NCBI GenBank assembly: GCA_965261105.1
Contig: CBDHCM010000006.1
Span: 1,540,405-1,604,404, forward strand
Length of the DNA: 64,000 nucleotides
From: Candidatus Aldehydirespirator sp.
Lineage (GTDB): Bacteria; Actinomycetota; Acidimicrobiia; Acidimicrobiales; Aldehydirespiratoraceae
Reading direction: 5' to 3'
Shown here: in pieces, positions 17,544-26,371 of the stretch
How the letters are laid out: the number at the start of each line of letters is the position of its first letter
How positions within the stretch are numbered: the first letter of the stretch is position 1
Translations under genes and position numbers: made by a program
The notes under the pieces: generated by a model
Databases searched by the model: none
Told to the model about the DNA's origin: nothing
What the model saw: only the letters and a program-made list of their open reading frames with translations

Positions 17544-18862
17544 GACGCCGGTTCCGGCGTCGACGGCGGCGCGGCCGCGTCGAGCCGCAGTCTCACCGAG
17601 TCGGCGTGGGCGGTGAGCCCCTCGGCCTCGGCCAGCGCGATGACATGGGGCGCCAGGCCCCGCAGCCCGGCCCGGTCGGTGCTGACGACGTGCATGCTCT
17701 TGAGGAAGTCGCGCACCCCCAGGGCGCCGGCGAAGCGGGCCGTGCCGTTGGTGGGCAGCACGTGGTTGGGCCCGGCCGCGTAGTCGCCCACCGACGCGGG
17801 CGCCCACGGCCCGCAGAACACGGCCCCGGCGTTGCGGACCTGTGGCAGCAGCGCCTCGGGGTCGGCCACCATCAGCTCGACGTGCTCGGGGGCGATCTCG
17901 TTGACCACTTCCAGCGCCTGCTCGACGCTGGAGCACAGCACGCTGTGGCCGGAGTTGCGCAGGGTCGCGGTGATCTCGGCCCGGCGGTCGGCGCGGGCCG
18001 CGAGCCGGGAGACCTCGGCCTCCACCGCATCGGCCGTCGCCTCGTCCCAGGTCACGAGCCAGGCCAGCCCGTCGGGGCCGTGCTCGGCCTGCAGGATCAC
18101 GTCAGCCGCGGCGAACGTGGCGTCGGAGGTGGCGTCGGCCACCACCACTACCTCCGAGGGTCCCGCGAACGCGGCGGGCACTCCCACCACCCCGGCCACC
18201 TCACGCTGGGCCAGCGCCACATAGGCGTTTCCCGGTCCGACGATCACGTCGACCGGGGGGATCGACTCGGTCCCGTAGGCCAGCGCGGCAACGGCCTGGG
18301 CCCCGCCCACGGGATGGATCTCGGTCACGCCCGCGGCGGCGGCTGCGGCCAGGGTCACGTCGGCGACGCGCCCGTCGGGTCCGGGGGGTGCGCAGACCGC
18401 GATCTCGGCGACGCCGGCCACCTGGGCCGGGACCGCGGTCATGATCAGCGTCGACGGGTAGGCGGCCCGACCTCCGGGCACGTAGCAGCCGGCCCGGCGC
18501 ACCGGCAGGTGGCGCTCCCGGACCGTGACACCGCCCCGCTCGTGGACCACGTCATCGGGCCGTTGGTGCCGGTGGTAGGCCTCGACGTTGGCCACCGCGG
18601 CCGCGAGGGCGTCGCGCACCTCGGCAGGGGTGCGAGCCGCGGCCTCGGCGATCTCGTCGGGCTCCACGGTGAGGTTGGCCGGCTTGGAGCCGTCGAAGCG
18701 CTCAGTCAGTTCCCGCAGGGCGGCGTCACCGCGCTCCCGGACGTCCGCGATGATGGCCCGCACCGCCTCCAGCTGCCCGGCGGCCGCGGGCGCGGGCTCG
18801 GGCCGCGGCAGGCGGCAGGCGACGGGGCCGCCGTCGCCGCGCAGGTCGAGGCGGCTGAGCAC
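17540..18862 (-). CDS. hisD: Histidinol dehydrogenase
   Basis: 440-aa ORF with ...GPGNAYVALAQREV...ILQAEHGPD...HVELMV...GDYAAGPNHVLPT. Confidence 0.95.
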   Translation of the reverse strand: MLSRLDLRGDGGPVACRLPRPEPAPAAAGQLEAVRAIIADVRERGDAALRELTERFDGSKPANLTVEPDEIAEAAARTPAEVRDALAAAVANVEAYHRHQRPDDVVHERGGVTVRERHLPVRRAGCYVPGGRAAYPSTLIMTAVPAQVAGVAEIAVCAPPGPDGRVADVTLAAAAAAGVTEIHPVGGAQAVAALAYGTESIPPVDVIVGPGNAYVALAQREVAGVVGVPAAFAGPSEVVVVADATSDATFAAADVILQAEHGPDGLAWLVTWDEATADAVEAEVSRLAARADRRAEITATLRNSGHSVLCSSVEQALEVVNEIAPEHVELMVADPEALLPQVRNAGAVFCGPWAPASVGDYAAGPNHVLPTNGTARFAGALGVRDFLKSMHVVSTDRAGLRGLAPHVIALAEAEGLTAHADSVRLRLDAAAPPSTPEPAS

Positions 18863-18913
18863 TCCATAACGCTACCGGTCGGGATGGGGCTTCTCGGTCC
18901 CCGGCTGTGCCGT

Positions 18914-19555
18914 TCAGACGGTGCTGGACGGGCAGAAGTCGTTCAGCGCGCAGTCCTCGCAGCGCGGCCTGCGGGCCACGCACACCCGGCGGCCGTGGAG
19001 GATCATCCGCAGGCTGAAGTCGCCCCGCTGGGCCGCGGGGATCATCGGGTTCAGCTCCAGCTCGATCTTCACCGGGTCGGTCTCAGAGGTAAGTCCGAGC
19101 AGGTTCGACAGCCTGGTGACGTGGGTGTCCACGGGCAGGCCGGGCAGCCCGAGCGCCACGCTGCGGATCACGTTGGCGGTCTTGCGCCCCACGCCGGGCA
19201 GGCGCACCAGGTCACGCATGGCGCCGGGGACCTCGCCGCCGAAGTCGTCCAGCAGCATGCGGGCCATCCCCACCAGGCTCTTGGACTTGTTGCGGAACAG
19301 CCCGATGGTGCTGATGTAGGGTTGGACCTCCTCCGGCTCGACCTCGGCCAGCGCCTCGGCGTCCGGGAATTGGGCGAACAAGCCCGGCGTGGCCTTGTTG
19401 ACGCCCACGTCGGTGGCTTGCGCCGAAAGGATGGTGGCCACCAGCAACTCGAAGGCGTTGCGGTGGTCGAGTTCGCATACTGCGTCGGGGTACTCAGAGG
19501 TCAGGCGCTCATGGGTGCGGCGGGCGCGGCCTTTGGGAGTGCGGGGACGGACCAT
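18914..19555 (-). CDS. nth: Endonuclease III
   Basis: HhH-GPD motif LVRLPGVGRKTANVI...VDTHV and C-terminal 4Fe-4S ligands CVARRPRCEDCALNDFC. Confidence 0.95.
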   Translation of the reverse strand: MVRPRTPKGRARRTHERLTSEYPDAVCELDHRNAFELLVATILSAQATDVGVNKATPGLFAQFPDAEALAEVEPEEVQPYISTIGLFRNKSKSLVGMARMLLDDFGGEVPGAMRDLVRLPGVGRKTANVIRSVALGLPGLPVDTHVTRLSNLLGLTSETDPVKIELELNPMIPAAQRGDFSLRMILHGRRVCVARRPRCEDCALNDFCPSSTV

Positions 19556-19676
19556 CGACGCGAAGCTAGCGGTACGCCGCCGGCTTGACCGGCTGAGCGG
19601 TCGCTCCCCGTGCGTGAACGGGCGGGGCCCATAGGTCCACCCGTGCCCCGTTCAAGGCCGCGGTACCCTCAACCCG

Positions 19677-20369
19677 GTGCGCTACGAGGTGAATGCCCCG
19701 GCGGCGGCGGGCGGCGAAGCGCAGATAGTGGTGCACGAGGGCCGGGCTGCGGGCGGGACGGCTGAAGTCCTGACGGCGGCCTTGGCCGGGCTGGATGGCG
19801 GCGCTGGGGCCCAGCTGTGGATGAGAGACGTGGCGGAGGGCGATGACGCCGCGGCGCGGAGCTTCGGCTTCGAGCCCTACCGCGACCTGTGGCAGCTGCG
19901 CTGCCGCCTGCCGGCCGAGTCGTCGGGGCTGCCCACCAGGGCCTTCAGGATCGATGACATGGACGAGTTCGTGGCGGTCAACAACCGGGCCTTCCACTGG
20001 CACCCGGAGCAGGGCGGGCTCACCGCCGATGACGTGCGCGACCGGATGGCCGAGCCGTGGTTCGACCCCGACGGCTTCCGCCTGCACCACCGCGAGGGCC
20101 GCCTGGCCGGCTTCTGCTGGACCAAGGTCCACTCCGACCAGGCCCCGCCGCAGGGCGAGATCTATGTGATCGCCGTCGATCCCGACTTCGGGGGCCGGGG
20201 CCTGGGCCGACCCATGACCCTGGCCGGCCTGGAATGGCTCTGCGACCGCGGGCTGACCGTCGGCATGCTCTACGTGGAGTCCGACAACCACCCCGCCAAC
20301 GCGGTCTACCGCCGGATCGGGTTCACTCACCACCAAACCGACCGCGCCTATCGTCGCCCACGCGCATAA
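19677..20369 (+). CDS. GNAT-family N-acetyltransferase, mycothiol synthase (MshD)-like, short N-terminal half
   Basis: 230-aa ORF. C-terminal GNAT block GEIYVIAVDPDFGGRGLGRPMTLAGLEWL...MLYVESDNHPANAVYRRIGF. The MshD assignment rests on remembered similarity only. Confidence 0.55.
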   Translation: MRYEVNAPAAAGGEAQIVVHEGRAAGGTAEVLTAALAGLDGGAGAQLWMRDVAEGDDAAARSFGFEPYRDLWQLRCRLPAESSGLPTRAFRIDDMDEFVAVNNRAFHWHPEQGGLTADDVRDRMAEPWFDPDGFRLHHREGRLAGFCWTKVHSDQAPPQGEIYVIAVDPDFGGRGLGRPMTLAGLEWLCDRGLTVGMLYVESDNHPANAVYRRIGFTHHQTDRAYRRPRA

Positions 20370-20374
20370 GCGGC

Positions 20375-20779
20375 ATGAAGAGACTGCATACTGGGGGCAT
20401 GGAGCCCCGCGTATGGGTCAACCCCGGTCAGCCGCAGACGCTGTACATCGCCCATATGCTGATGTACTTCCGGGGCGGCATATCGCTAGTGTTCGGCCTC
20501 CTGTTCGTACCGTCCTTCACCGTGTCCTCGCTGCTGTTCGCGGTGGGCAACGTGGTGGCCGCGTTCGGCATCGCCAACGAGAGGCGATGGGGCTACAAGC
20601 TCGGCGTTGCCGTGGCATCGCTTACCCTGGTCATCGCGCTGCTCCTGCTGGTTCGCAGCTTCGGCCGGCTGTGGGGCGACCTGATCGGCCTGTTGTTCGA
20701 CGTCGCATTGGTTGCGCTGCTGCTGCACCCCATCAGCCGCAGTTACCAGCGATCCTGGCCCAAGAAGCAGCGCAGGTGA
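20375..20779 (+). CDS. Small integral membrane protein, unknown function
   Basis: MKRLHTGGMEPRVWVNPGQPQTLYIAHMLMYFRGGISLVFGLLFVPSF... has 3-4 hydrophobic helices. An alternative start is ATG 20399. Confidence 0.55.
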   Translation: MKRLHTGGMEPRVWVNPGQPQTLYIAHMLMYFRGGISLVFGLLFVPSFTVSSLLFAVGNVVAAFGIANERRWGYKLGVAVASLTLVIALLLLVRSFGRLWGDLIGLLFDVALVALLLHPISRSYQRSWPKKQRR

Positions 20780-20880
20780 GCGAAGTGCCCTCCGGCGCGG
20801 ACAAGCGTCGGTGAGGGAGTTTCCCTACGGCGCGGACAAGCGCCGGTGAGGGGGTTTCCCCACGGCGCGGACAAGCGCCG
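20776..20880 (+). repeat. Three tandem 35-bp units at the menG start; the first two are 12-codon mini-ORFs chained by GTGA overlaps
   Basis: Units lie at 20776-20810, 20811-20845 and 20846-20880. Translations are VSEVPSGADKRR-stop, VREFPYGADKRR-stop and VRGFPHGADKRR-AVREMFD (MenG). Each TGA overlaps the next GTG, and the first GTG overlaps the TGA of the upstream membrane gene. Confidence 0.85.
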
Positions 20881-21541
20881 GGCCGTGCGGGAGATGTTCG
20901 ACGCCATCGCGCCCCGCTACGACCTGGTGAACCGGGTCATGACACTGCGCCTCGACGTGGCCTGGCGGCGCCGGACCGTGCGCGAGCTGGCCCTGCCCGC
21001 GGGATCGCTGGTGGCCGACCTGGCCTGCGGCACGGGCGACCTCTGCCGGGAGCTGGACCGCCAGGGCCACTTCGGTGTCGGCTTCGACTTCTCGATGGGA
21101 ATGCTGCGAGCGGCCGCCGGCGACACCGCCGGCGGTTCTCCGCTGGTCAACGCCGACGTGCTCGAGCTGCCCCTGCCAGATGGCGCGCTGGACGGCGCGA
21201 CCTGCGGCTTCGCCCTGCGCAACCTCACCGCGGTGCCGCCGCTGCTGGCCGAGTTGGCCCGCGTGCTGCGACCCGGCGGGCGCATCGGCCTTCTGGAGGT
21301 GGACCGGCCCTCCCACCCGATCCTGCGCTGGGGCCACGGCCTGTACTTCGGCCGGGTGGTTCCCCTTATCGGGGCTGCGCTGTCGGACCGGGACGCGTAC
21401 CGCTACCTGCCCGAGTCGGTCGCCTACCTGCCCTCTTGGGACGATTTGCTCAAAGAGCTGCAGTCCAGCGGCTTCACCGATGTGCGTCACCACCGCCTGA
21501 GTGCGGGCATCGCCCAGCTCGTCGCGGCCACACGACGCTGA
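20846..21541 (+). CDS. menG: Demethylmenaquinone methyltransferase (UbiE/MenG family)
   Basis: ADKRRAVREMFDAIAPRYDLVNRVMTLRLDVAWRR...VADLACGTGDL (SAM motif)...LRPGGRIGLLEV. Confidence 0.9.
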   Translation: MRGFPHGADKRRAVREMFDAIAPRYDLVNRVMTLRLDVAWRRRTVRELALPAGSLVADLACGTGDLCRELDRQGHFGVGFDFSMGMLRAAAGDTAGGSPLVNADVLELPLPDGALDGATCGFALRNLTAVPPLLAELARVLRPGGRIGLLEVDRPSHPILRWGHGLYFGRVVPLIGAALSDRDAYRYLPESVAYLPSWDDLLKELQSSGFTDVRHHRLSAGIAQLVAATRR

Positions 21542-21557
21542 GCGCCGCACCGCCGGC

Positions 21558-21603
21558 GGGCGGACCGGCCCGACTGCCCCCGGCGGACCGGCCCGACTGC
21601 CCC
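21558..21603. repeat. 23-bp tandem duplication just downstream of menG
   Basis: GGCGGACCGGCCCGACTGCCCCC occurs at 21558-21580 and again at 21581-21603. Confidence 0.85.
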
Positions 21604-21697
21604 CGGCGTGCGGGCCAGCGCTCCAAGGCCGGCCATGCGGATGCGTTGGCACTGCGACCGACCACTACGAGCGAAAGGACAATAACTCGATAGAGCA

Positions 21698-21726
21698 TTG
21701 GGAGTTGTCCGGAAGGTCACTACAAT
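21698..21726 (+). promoter_or_regulatory. Candidate sigma-A type promoter for the redoxin gene
   Basis: TTGGGA (21698-21703), a 17-nt spacer, then TACAAT (21721-21726). It lies in a locally AT-richer stretch ~23 nt upstream of ATG 21749. Confidence 0.35.
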
Positions 21727-21748
21727 CTATGCACCTGTGACAGATTCA

Positions 21749-22348
21749 ATGCGGTGGTATCTGCTGGCGGCGGTCGTTGTGATCGTTGCCGTCGCCTGTG
21801 GCGGCGACGGCGCGGGCCAGATGGACATCAACAGCGTGTTGGAGGACTCCCCCGGCGAGCGCGGGCACGACCATGCCTCCCAAGACGTCGCCCCCCGCAG
21901 CGGCGATGGCTTGGACATGAGCCTCATCAACACCACCGGAGACGTTCCCGGCATCGACATGATCGACGTTTCCACCGGTGCCACCGTCAACCTCCGATCA
22001 CTGGTCGACAACACGAAGCCGCTGCTGTTCTGGTTCTGGGTCCCGCATTGACCGATGTGTCGGAGCGAGGCTCCGATCGTCGAGCAGTTCGCTCGCGACA
22101 GCACCGACCGTCTCACCGTCGTCGGCATCGGCGGCCAGGACGACCTGGCTCAGGCCAGGGATTTCGTCGACTCGACCGGAACGACGTTCACAATGCTCTG
22201 GAGCGACTCCTCCGAGGTGTGGCGCTACTTCGCGGTGCAGAGCAACTCCGCGGTCTGGCTGGTCGACAAGGACGGCAACCGCATCGACAGCAGCTCGACC
22301 CCGTTCGACGATTCCCACATAGAGGCCCACATCGCCAAGCTGAGCTGA
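21749..22348 (+). CDS. TlpA/ResA-like thioredoxin-fold lipoprotein with in-frame TGA (22049-22051) at the first Cys of CxxC; candidate selenoprotein (UxxC) or a pseudogene
   Basis: Track ORFs 21698..22051 and 22055..22348 are in the same frame, separated only by TGA-CCG. The joined sequence LLFWFWVPH-U-PMCRSEAP aligns position for position with the redoxin motif FWASWCGPCRAEAP. Lipobox MRWYLLAAVVVIVAVAC. Confidence 0.6.
22053..22079 (+). promoter_or_regulatory. SECIS-like stem-loop immediately 3' of the in-frame TGA
   Basis: CGAT-GTGT-CGGAGC-GAG-GCTCCG-ATCG folds as a 4-bp lower stem, a 4-nt bulge, a 6-bp perfect upper stem and a GAG loop. The loop starts 16 nt after the TGA. Confidence 0.45.
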
Positions 22349-22381
22349 TCCGGGTGCCCGCCTGCGTCAGGCCAGGAGCAC

Positions 22382-23908
22382 CTAATTGGGACTGAACCAG
22401 TCGCCCTCGGCGCGCATGCAGCCCCATTCGTCCAGCACGCAGTCGGGGTCGGCTCGCAGAACCCGGAAGCGATCTGAGCCGTCGCGGTCGTCGGGGTCGA
22501 AGCTGATGCGCGACCCGTGGGCGGTCTCGTAGTCGGACAGGGCGAGGGCGCTGATCAGCGCCTCGCGTGTCAGTGGCCCGGCGACGCGGGTCATGGCTGC
22601 GAAGACCAAGTCCAAGGAGTCGCAGGTGCCAGTGATCAGGTTCCAGGCGTCGGTGTGGGTCCGGTGCGAGAAGGGAGCCGCGTCGGCAGACGTGTTGCGG
22701 AGGCTGACACAGGCTCGGTCCGAGGCCGCAACGGGGTCACCGGCCGCCCGCCTCGAGCTGATCTGCACGAGCCTGCGGACTTGCTCCTCGGGCGCCCCCG
22801 TGAGAGTAAGCACGGCGGGCTGCGAATCATTGATTACCCAATGGGGGAACCATTCGAGCCGGTCGGCGGCTCTCATCAGACGGCGCACATCGGCCGAAGT
22901 GGCCGACGACACCACAGTGGTAACGCCGGCGCCGCGGAAGTGCTCGACGGTGTCGAGGAAGTACTTCTCCATCTGGCGCAGCACCTCGGCCTTCTCCGGT
23001 GACAACCGCGAGAGTCTCCGCACCGCCGCTTCCGTCTCGGAATCGGTGAGGCCGCTCTCCAGCAATCGGACCTGGCGCTCCGCCACCGACACTCCCACCG
23101 TCCCGAACTCGCTGGGAACCCTGGCCACAGAGATCAACTCGAGATCGAGGCGCTCCACGGCCGCTGCGGCGCTCTCGACCTGCGCCGCTCCGCCGGCGCC
23201 GTCGGTCGCGAGGAGTCCTATGCGGTCATCGCCGGTCAGCACGTCAGCGCGGGCGGCAACGTCGAGACTGGTCGACAGCAGGTACTCGACCGAGCCGTCG
23301 TTGAGGAAGAGCCTTCCCTCGGAGCGCTCCAGCGACGAGGTGGACAGGGACGTGAATACCCCCACGGTGGGGATCTGCGCCTCGAGAGTGGCACATCTCA
23401 GCGTCGTGTCGTTCATCCGCAGACTCAGCAGCAGCAGCGGCCGCCGTTCGGGCAGATCGGTGCAGATCTTGCGGAAGGACGCTTCGGCATCCGACAGGTT
23501 CCAGGCGTAGGCCACCGGCTCAAAGCAGTTCCCGTTGATCCCGCCCTGGGCGTTCACCTCGTTGATGTATGCCTCGACGATCAGGGAGGGTCCGTCGAGG
23601 ACCATCGTCTCCAAGCCGACGGCGGCCAACTCGTCCTGGTCGGGACTGGTCCAGGCAATCGTGACCGCATCCGACGCCTGCGGGCTGTCCGCTTCGGGGC
23701 ACGCCGGCCCCGGTCGCGGCGCTCCGCCGGCTGCCGAGATTCCCATCGCCGTGCGCGTTGATCCGAAACCGGCGACCTGCGGGCTGTCGTCCTCGGGGAA
23801 GACCGAGTGGTCGGTCAGGTCGGGCCGGGCGGCGCCTCCGCCGCAGGCACCAGCCAACAGGCACAGCAGGGCGAGCGCGAGCAGGGCGCGCGGGCGGCTC
23901 CTCACCAC
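22382..23908 (-). CDS. Secreted Cys-rich lipoprotein, possibly periplasmic-binding-protein-like
   Basis: The start is taken at GTG 23908 (VVRSRPRALLALALLCLLAGAC, signal peptide plus lipobox). The mature part has about 8 Cys. The fold assignment is a guess. Confidence 0.5.
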   Translation of the reverse strand: MVRSRPRALLALALLCLLAGACGGGAARPDLTDHSVFPEDDSPQVAGFGSTRTAMGISAAGGAPRPGPACPEADSPQASDAVTIAWTSPDQDELAAVGLETMVLDGPSLIVEAYINEVNAQGGINGNCFEPVAYAWNLSDAEASFRKICTDLPERRPLLLLSLRMNDTTLRCATLEAQIPTVGVFTSLSTSSLERSEGRLFLNDGSVEYLLSTSLDVAARADVLTGDDRIGLLATDGAGGAAQVESAAAAVERLDLELISVARVPSEFGTVGVSVAERQVRLLESGLTDSETEAAVRRLSRLSPEKAEVLRQMEKYFLDTVEHFRGAGVTTVVSSATSADVRRLMRAADRLEWFPHWVINDSQPAVLTLTGAPEEQVRRLVQISSRRAAGDPVAASDRACVSLRNTSADAAPFSHRTHTDAWNLITGTCDSLDLVFAAMTRVAGPLTREALISALALSDYETAHGSRISFDPDDRDGSDRFRVLRADPDCVLDEWGCMRAEGDWFSPN

Positions 23909-24152
23909 CAGAGTCCAATGCGTCCGAGGCGGGGGTGACGATGGGGTCGGGCCATGTGCCGCAAAGCCAAACGGGAGTCCTTCAGGTGCAGCGATGCACT
24001 GTGGGCGTGCATCCGCCAGCAACGATAACCGAAGTCGCAGCCCAGGCCGAAGCGGGCGCAAGAGTAGTGAGATCCCCGGCGAGGCGGCGCACCTCGCCTG
24101 TCACGGTGGGCAGCAAGGCTTCCGCGGCGCCCCCCGACCGTGGCGGTGACGA

Positions 24153-24677
24153 TCACGGCCGGGTCCCGGCGGGGGTGCCGCCCCCCGGGGCGCCACCCGC
24201 GGGGCGAGCCAGGTTCTCGACCACCTCGGCGCCCGCGACGGCCAGCAGCGAGGCGGGCGGGCACAGGATCTTGCAGTCGCGGGACCCGCCGCCCACGATC
24301 ACCTGGTCGCATTCCATGACCTGGGCGTCGATCCACACCGGGAGGCCGGCGGGCAGGCCGAAGGGAGTGACGCCGCCGATCATCATGCCAGTGCGCTCGG
24401 TGGTGGTGGCCGCGTCGGCGAAGGAGGCCTTGCGGGTGCCGAGCCGGCGGCGCACCACCCCGTTCACGTCCAGCCTCATGGAGGCCGGCACCACACAGCA
24501 CGCCATGGGCCTCTCGGCCGACTTGCCCACCACGCAGATGGCGTTGGCCGACGCCTCCATGGGGTAGCCGTAGCGCTCGCAGAATCGGGCGGTGTCGGCG
24601 AAGTCGGGGTCGCACTCCACCACCTCGTAGGCCACGCCCAGCGCCTCGAGGTGGGCCACGACGGCTTGACGGCTCAT
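24153..24677 (-). CDS. YbaK/ProX-type aminoacyl-tRNA deacylase domain protein
   Basis: From ATG 24677: MSRQAVVAHLEALGVAYEVVECDPDFADTARFCERYGYPMEASANAICVVGKS...MMIGGVTPFGLP...VIVGGGSRDCKI. Confidence 0.7.
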   Translation of the reverse strand: MSRQAVVAHLEALGVAYEVVECDPDFADTARFCERYGYPMEASANAICVVGKSAERPMACCVVPASMRLDVNGVVRRRLGTRKASFADAATTTERTGMMIGGVTPFGLPAGLPVWIDAQVMECDQVIVGGGSRDCKILCPPASLLAVAGAEVVENLARPAGGAPGGGTPAGTRP

Positions 24678-24691
24678 GGCCGACAGTCTGC

Positions 24692-25570
24692 TCAGCCGGT
24701 CAGGGCGATGCCTACCGCCATGGCCAGGCCCGAGGCGAGCTGGGCCTGGGCGGTGGCGCCCAGCACCGGAATCAGATCTGGCCCGGACGCTCCCCGCAGG
24801 ACCTTGCTCACGGCCCGCACCGCAAACGGAGCGCCGGCCACAGCGGCGGCCGCAGCCCGGCCCGTCGCTGACGCGGCCAGCGCGGCTGCGTACGAGGCCT
24901 CCAGCACGGCCAGGTAGAGGAAGCGGGTGCGCCGGTCTCCGAGGCGCACCGCCAGGGTGCGCTTGCCGGCGGGAGCGTCGGTGCCGATGTCTCGCAGGTT
25001 GTTGGCCACCAGCAGCGCCACCGCCCACAGGCCGACCGGCACGCCGCACACCACCGCGAACCAGTCCAGCCGCTCCAGCAGCACATAGGTGGTGCCCGCG
25101 GTGGCTGCCAGGCCGAAGAACACGAACACGAACACCTCTCCCAGCCCCAGATACCCGTACGGCTTGGGCCCGCCCGTGTAGGCCCAGCCCGCCGCGATGC
25201 ACACTGCGCCCGCGGCCAGCAGCTCCCACCCCGCCACGGCAGCGAGTACCGCGCCGGCCGCCATCGCGGCGGCGAAGGCGCCGAGTGCGGCCCGCTTCAC
25301 GCTGCGGGCCTCGACCAGGCCCGAGCCCACCAGACGCCGCGGACCCACGCGGGTGGAGTCGTCGGCGCCTCGCACGCCGTCGGAATAGTCGTTGGCGAAG
25401 TTGACGCCCACCTGCAGCGCCACCGCCACCGCCAGCGCGACGGTGGCCCGCCACCAAGCGGTCTGCGATCCGTCCCCCACCGCCACCGCCGTGCCCACCG
25501 CCACCGGGACCAGCGCCGCACTCAGCGTGCGCGGACGAGCCCCGCCCGCCCACACCCCGATCGCGGTCAC
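24692..25570 (-). CDS. menA: 1,4-dihydroxy-2-naphthoate polyprenyltransferase
   Basis: UbiA-family motifs QVGVNFANDYSDGVRGAD and LVANNLRDIGTDAPAGKRTLAVRLG. Confidence 0.9.
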   Translation of the reverse strand: MTAIGVWAGGARPRTLSAALVPVAVGTAVAVGDGSQTAWWRATVALAVAVALQVGVNFANDYSDGVRGADDSTRVGPRRLVGSGLVEARSVKRAALGAFAAAMAAGAVLAAVAGWELLAAGAVCIAAGWAYTGGPKPYGYLGLGEVFVFVFFGLAATAGTTYVLLERLDWFAVVCGVPVGLWAVALLVANNLRDIGTDAPAGKRTLAVRLGDRRTRFLYLAVLEASYAAALAASATGRAAAAAVAGAPFAVRAVSKVLRGASGPDLIPVLGATAQAQLASGLAMAVGIALTG

Positions 25571-25601
25571 CTTCGCTGCCCTGCCGCCTGATGAGGCGCC
25601 G

Positions 25602-26303
25602 TCAGGGCACCACGTACTTGTAGCCGAGGCCCCGGATCGTGATTATCCGCTCCGGCTCGGCCGGGTCGCGATCGATGCGCGACCGGAGCCTCTTGATGTG
25701 CACGTCGAGGGTCTTGGTGTTGCCCACGTAGTCGAACCCCCACACCCGGTCGATGAGCGTCTGGCGGGTGACGACGAACCCCGCGTTCTCCATGAGCAGC
25801 GCCAGCACCTCGAACTCCTTGAGCGGCATGCGCTCGAGCTCGCCGGCGATGGTGACCTCGTGACGGTCGCGGTCCACCGTCACGTCGCCGATGCTGAGGG
25901 TGGCCGCGCCGCCGGCGGAGTGAGCCAGGCGGGCCCGGCCGCGGCGCATGACGGTGCGCATCCGGGCCACGAGCTCGCGCACCCGGTAGGGCTTGGCCAC
26001 GTAGTCGTCCGCTCCGACCTCCAGCCCGACCACGGTGTCGATCTCCTCCCGGCGGGCCGACACCATGATCACCGGAGTGTCGGCCAAGGAGCGGATCCGG
26101 CGGCACACGTCGATGCCCGACAGCCGGGGCAGCATCACGTCGAGCAGCACGATGTCGGGCTCCAGGGCCTCGAACATCACCAGAGCCTGCTCACCGTCGG
26201 AGGCCACGTCCACCATGAATCCCTCGGCGCCCAGCGCCACCTGCAGCCCGTCCCGATAGGAGGGCTCGTCGTCGACGACCAGTACCCGGACTCCGGCGCT
26301 CAC
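25602..26303 (-). CDS. OmpR/PhoB-family response regulator; no cognate kinase adjacent
   Basis: Receiver domain VLVVDDEP...DIVLLDVMLPRLSGIDV...ADDYVAKPY, and winged-helix output LKEFEVLALLMENAGFVVTRQTLIDRVWG...IRGLGYKY. Confidence 0.9.
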   Translation of the reverse strand: MSAGVRVLVVDDEPSYRDGLQVALGAEGFMVDVASDGEQALVMFEALEPDIVLLDVMLPRLSGIDVCRRIRSLADTPVIMVSARREEIDTVVGLEVGADDYVAKPYRVRELVARMRTVMRRGRARLAHSAGGAATLSIGDVTVDRDRHEVTIAGELERMPLKEFEVLALLMENAGFVVTRQTLIDRVWGFDYVGNTKTLDVHIKRLRSRIDRDPAEPERIITIRGLGYKYVVP

Positions 26304-26371
26304 AGCCGCCAGTCTGCCCCAGCACCGGGCAGGGCGCTCATCGCGCCCGCCGGGAGCCGTAGGCTCGCGGC

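Noticed and set aside
19600-19660. An imperfect inverted repeat (GAACGGG...CCCGTTC) between nth and the GNAT gene, as a regulatory element or terminator.
   Set aside because: It has only a 7-bp stem with a large irregular loop, in a divergent promoter region. That is too weak to call by eye.
24153-25553. The 466-aa track ORF spanning the ybaK-like and menA regions as one large protein.
   Set aside because: Only its last 175 aa (from ATG 24677) look like a real protein, a YbaK-type deacylase. The upstream part is an out-of-frame read across menA, which is clearly encoded in another frame (24692..25570).
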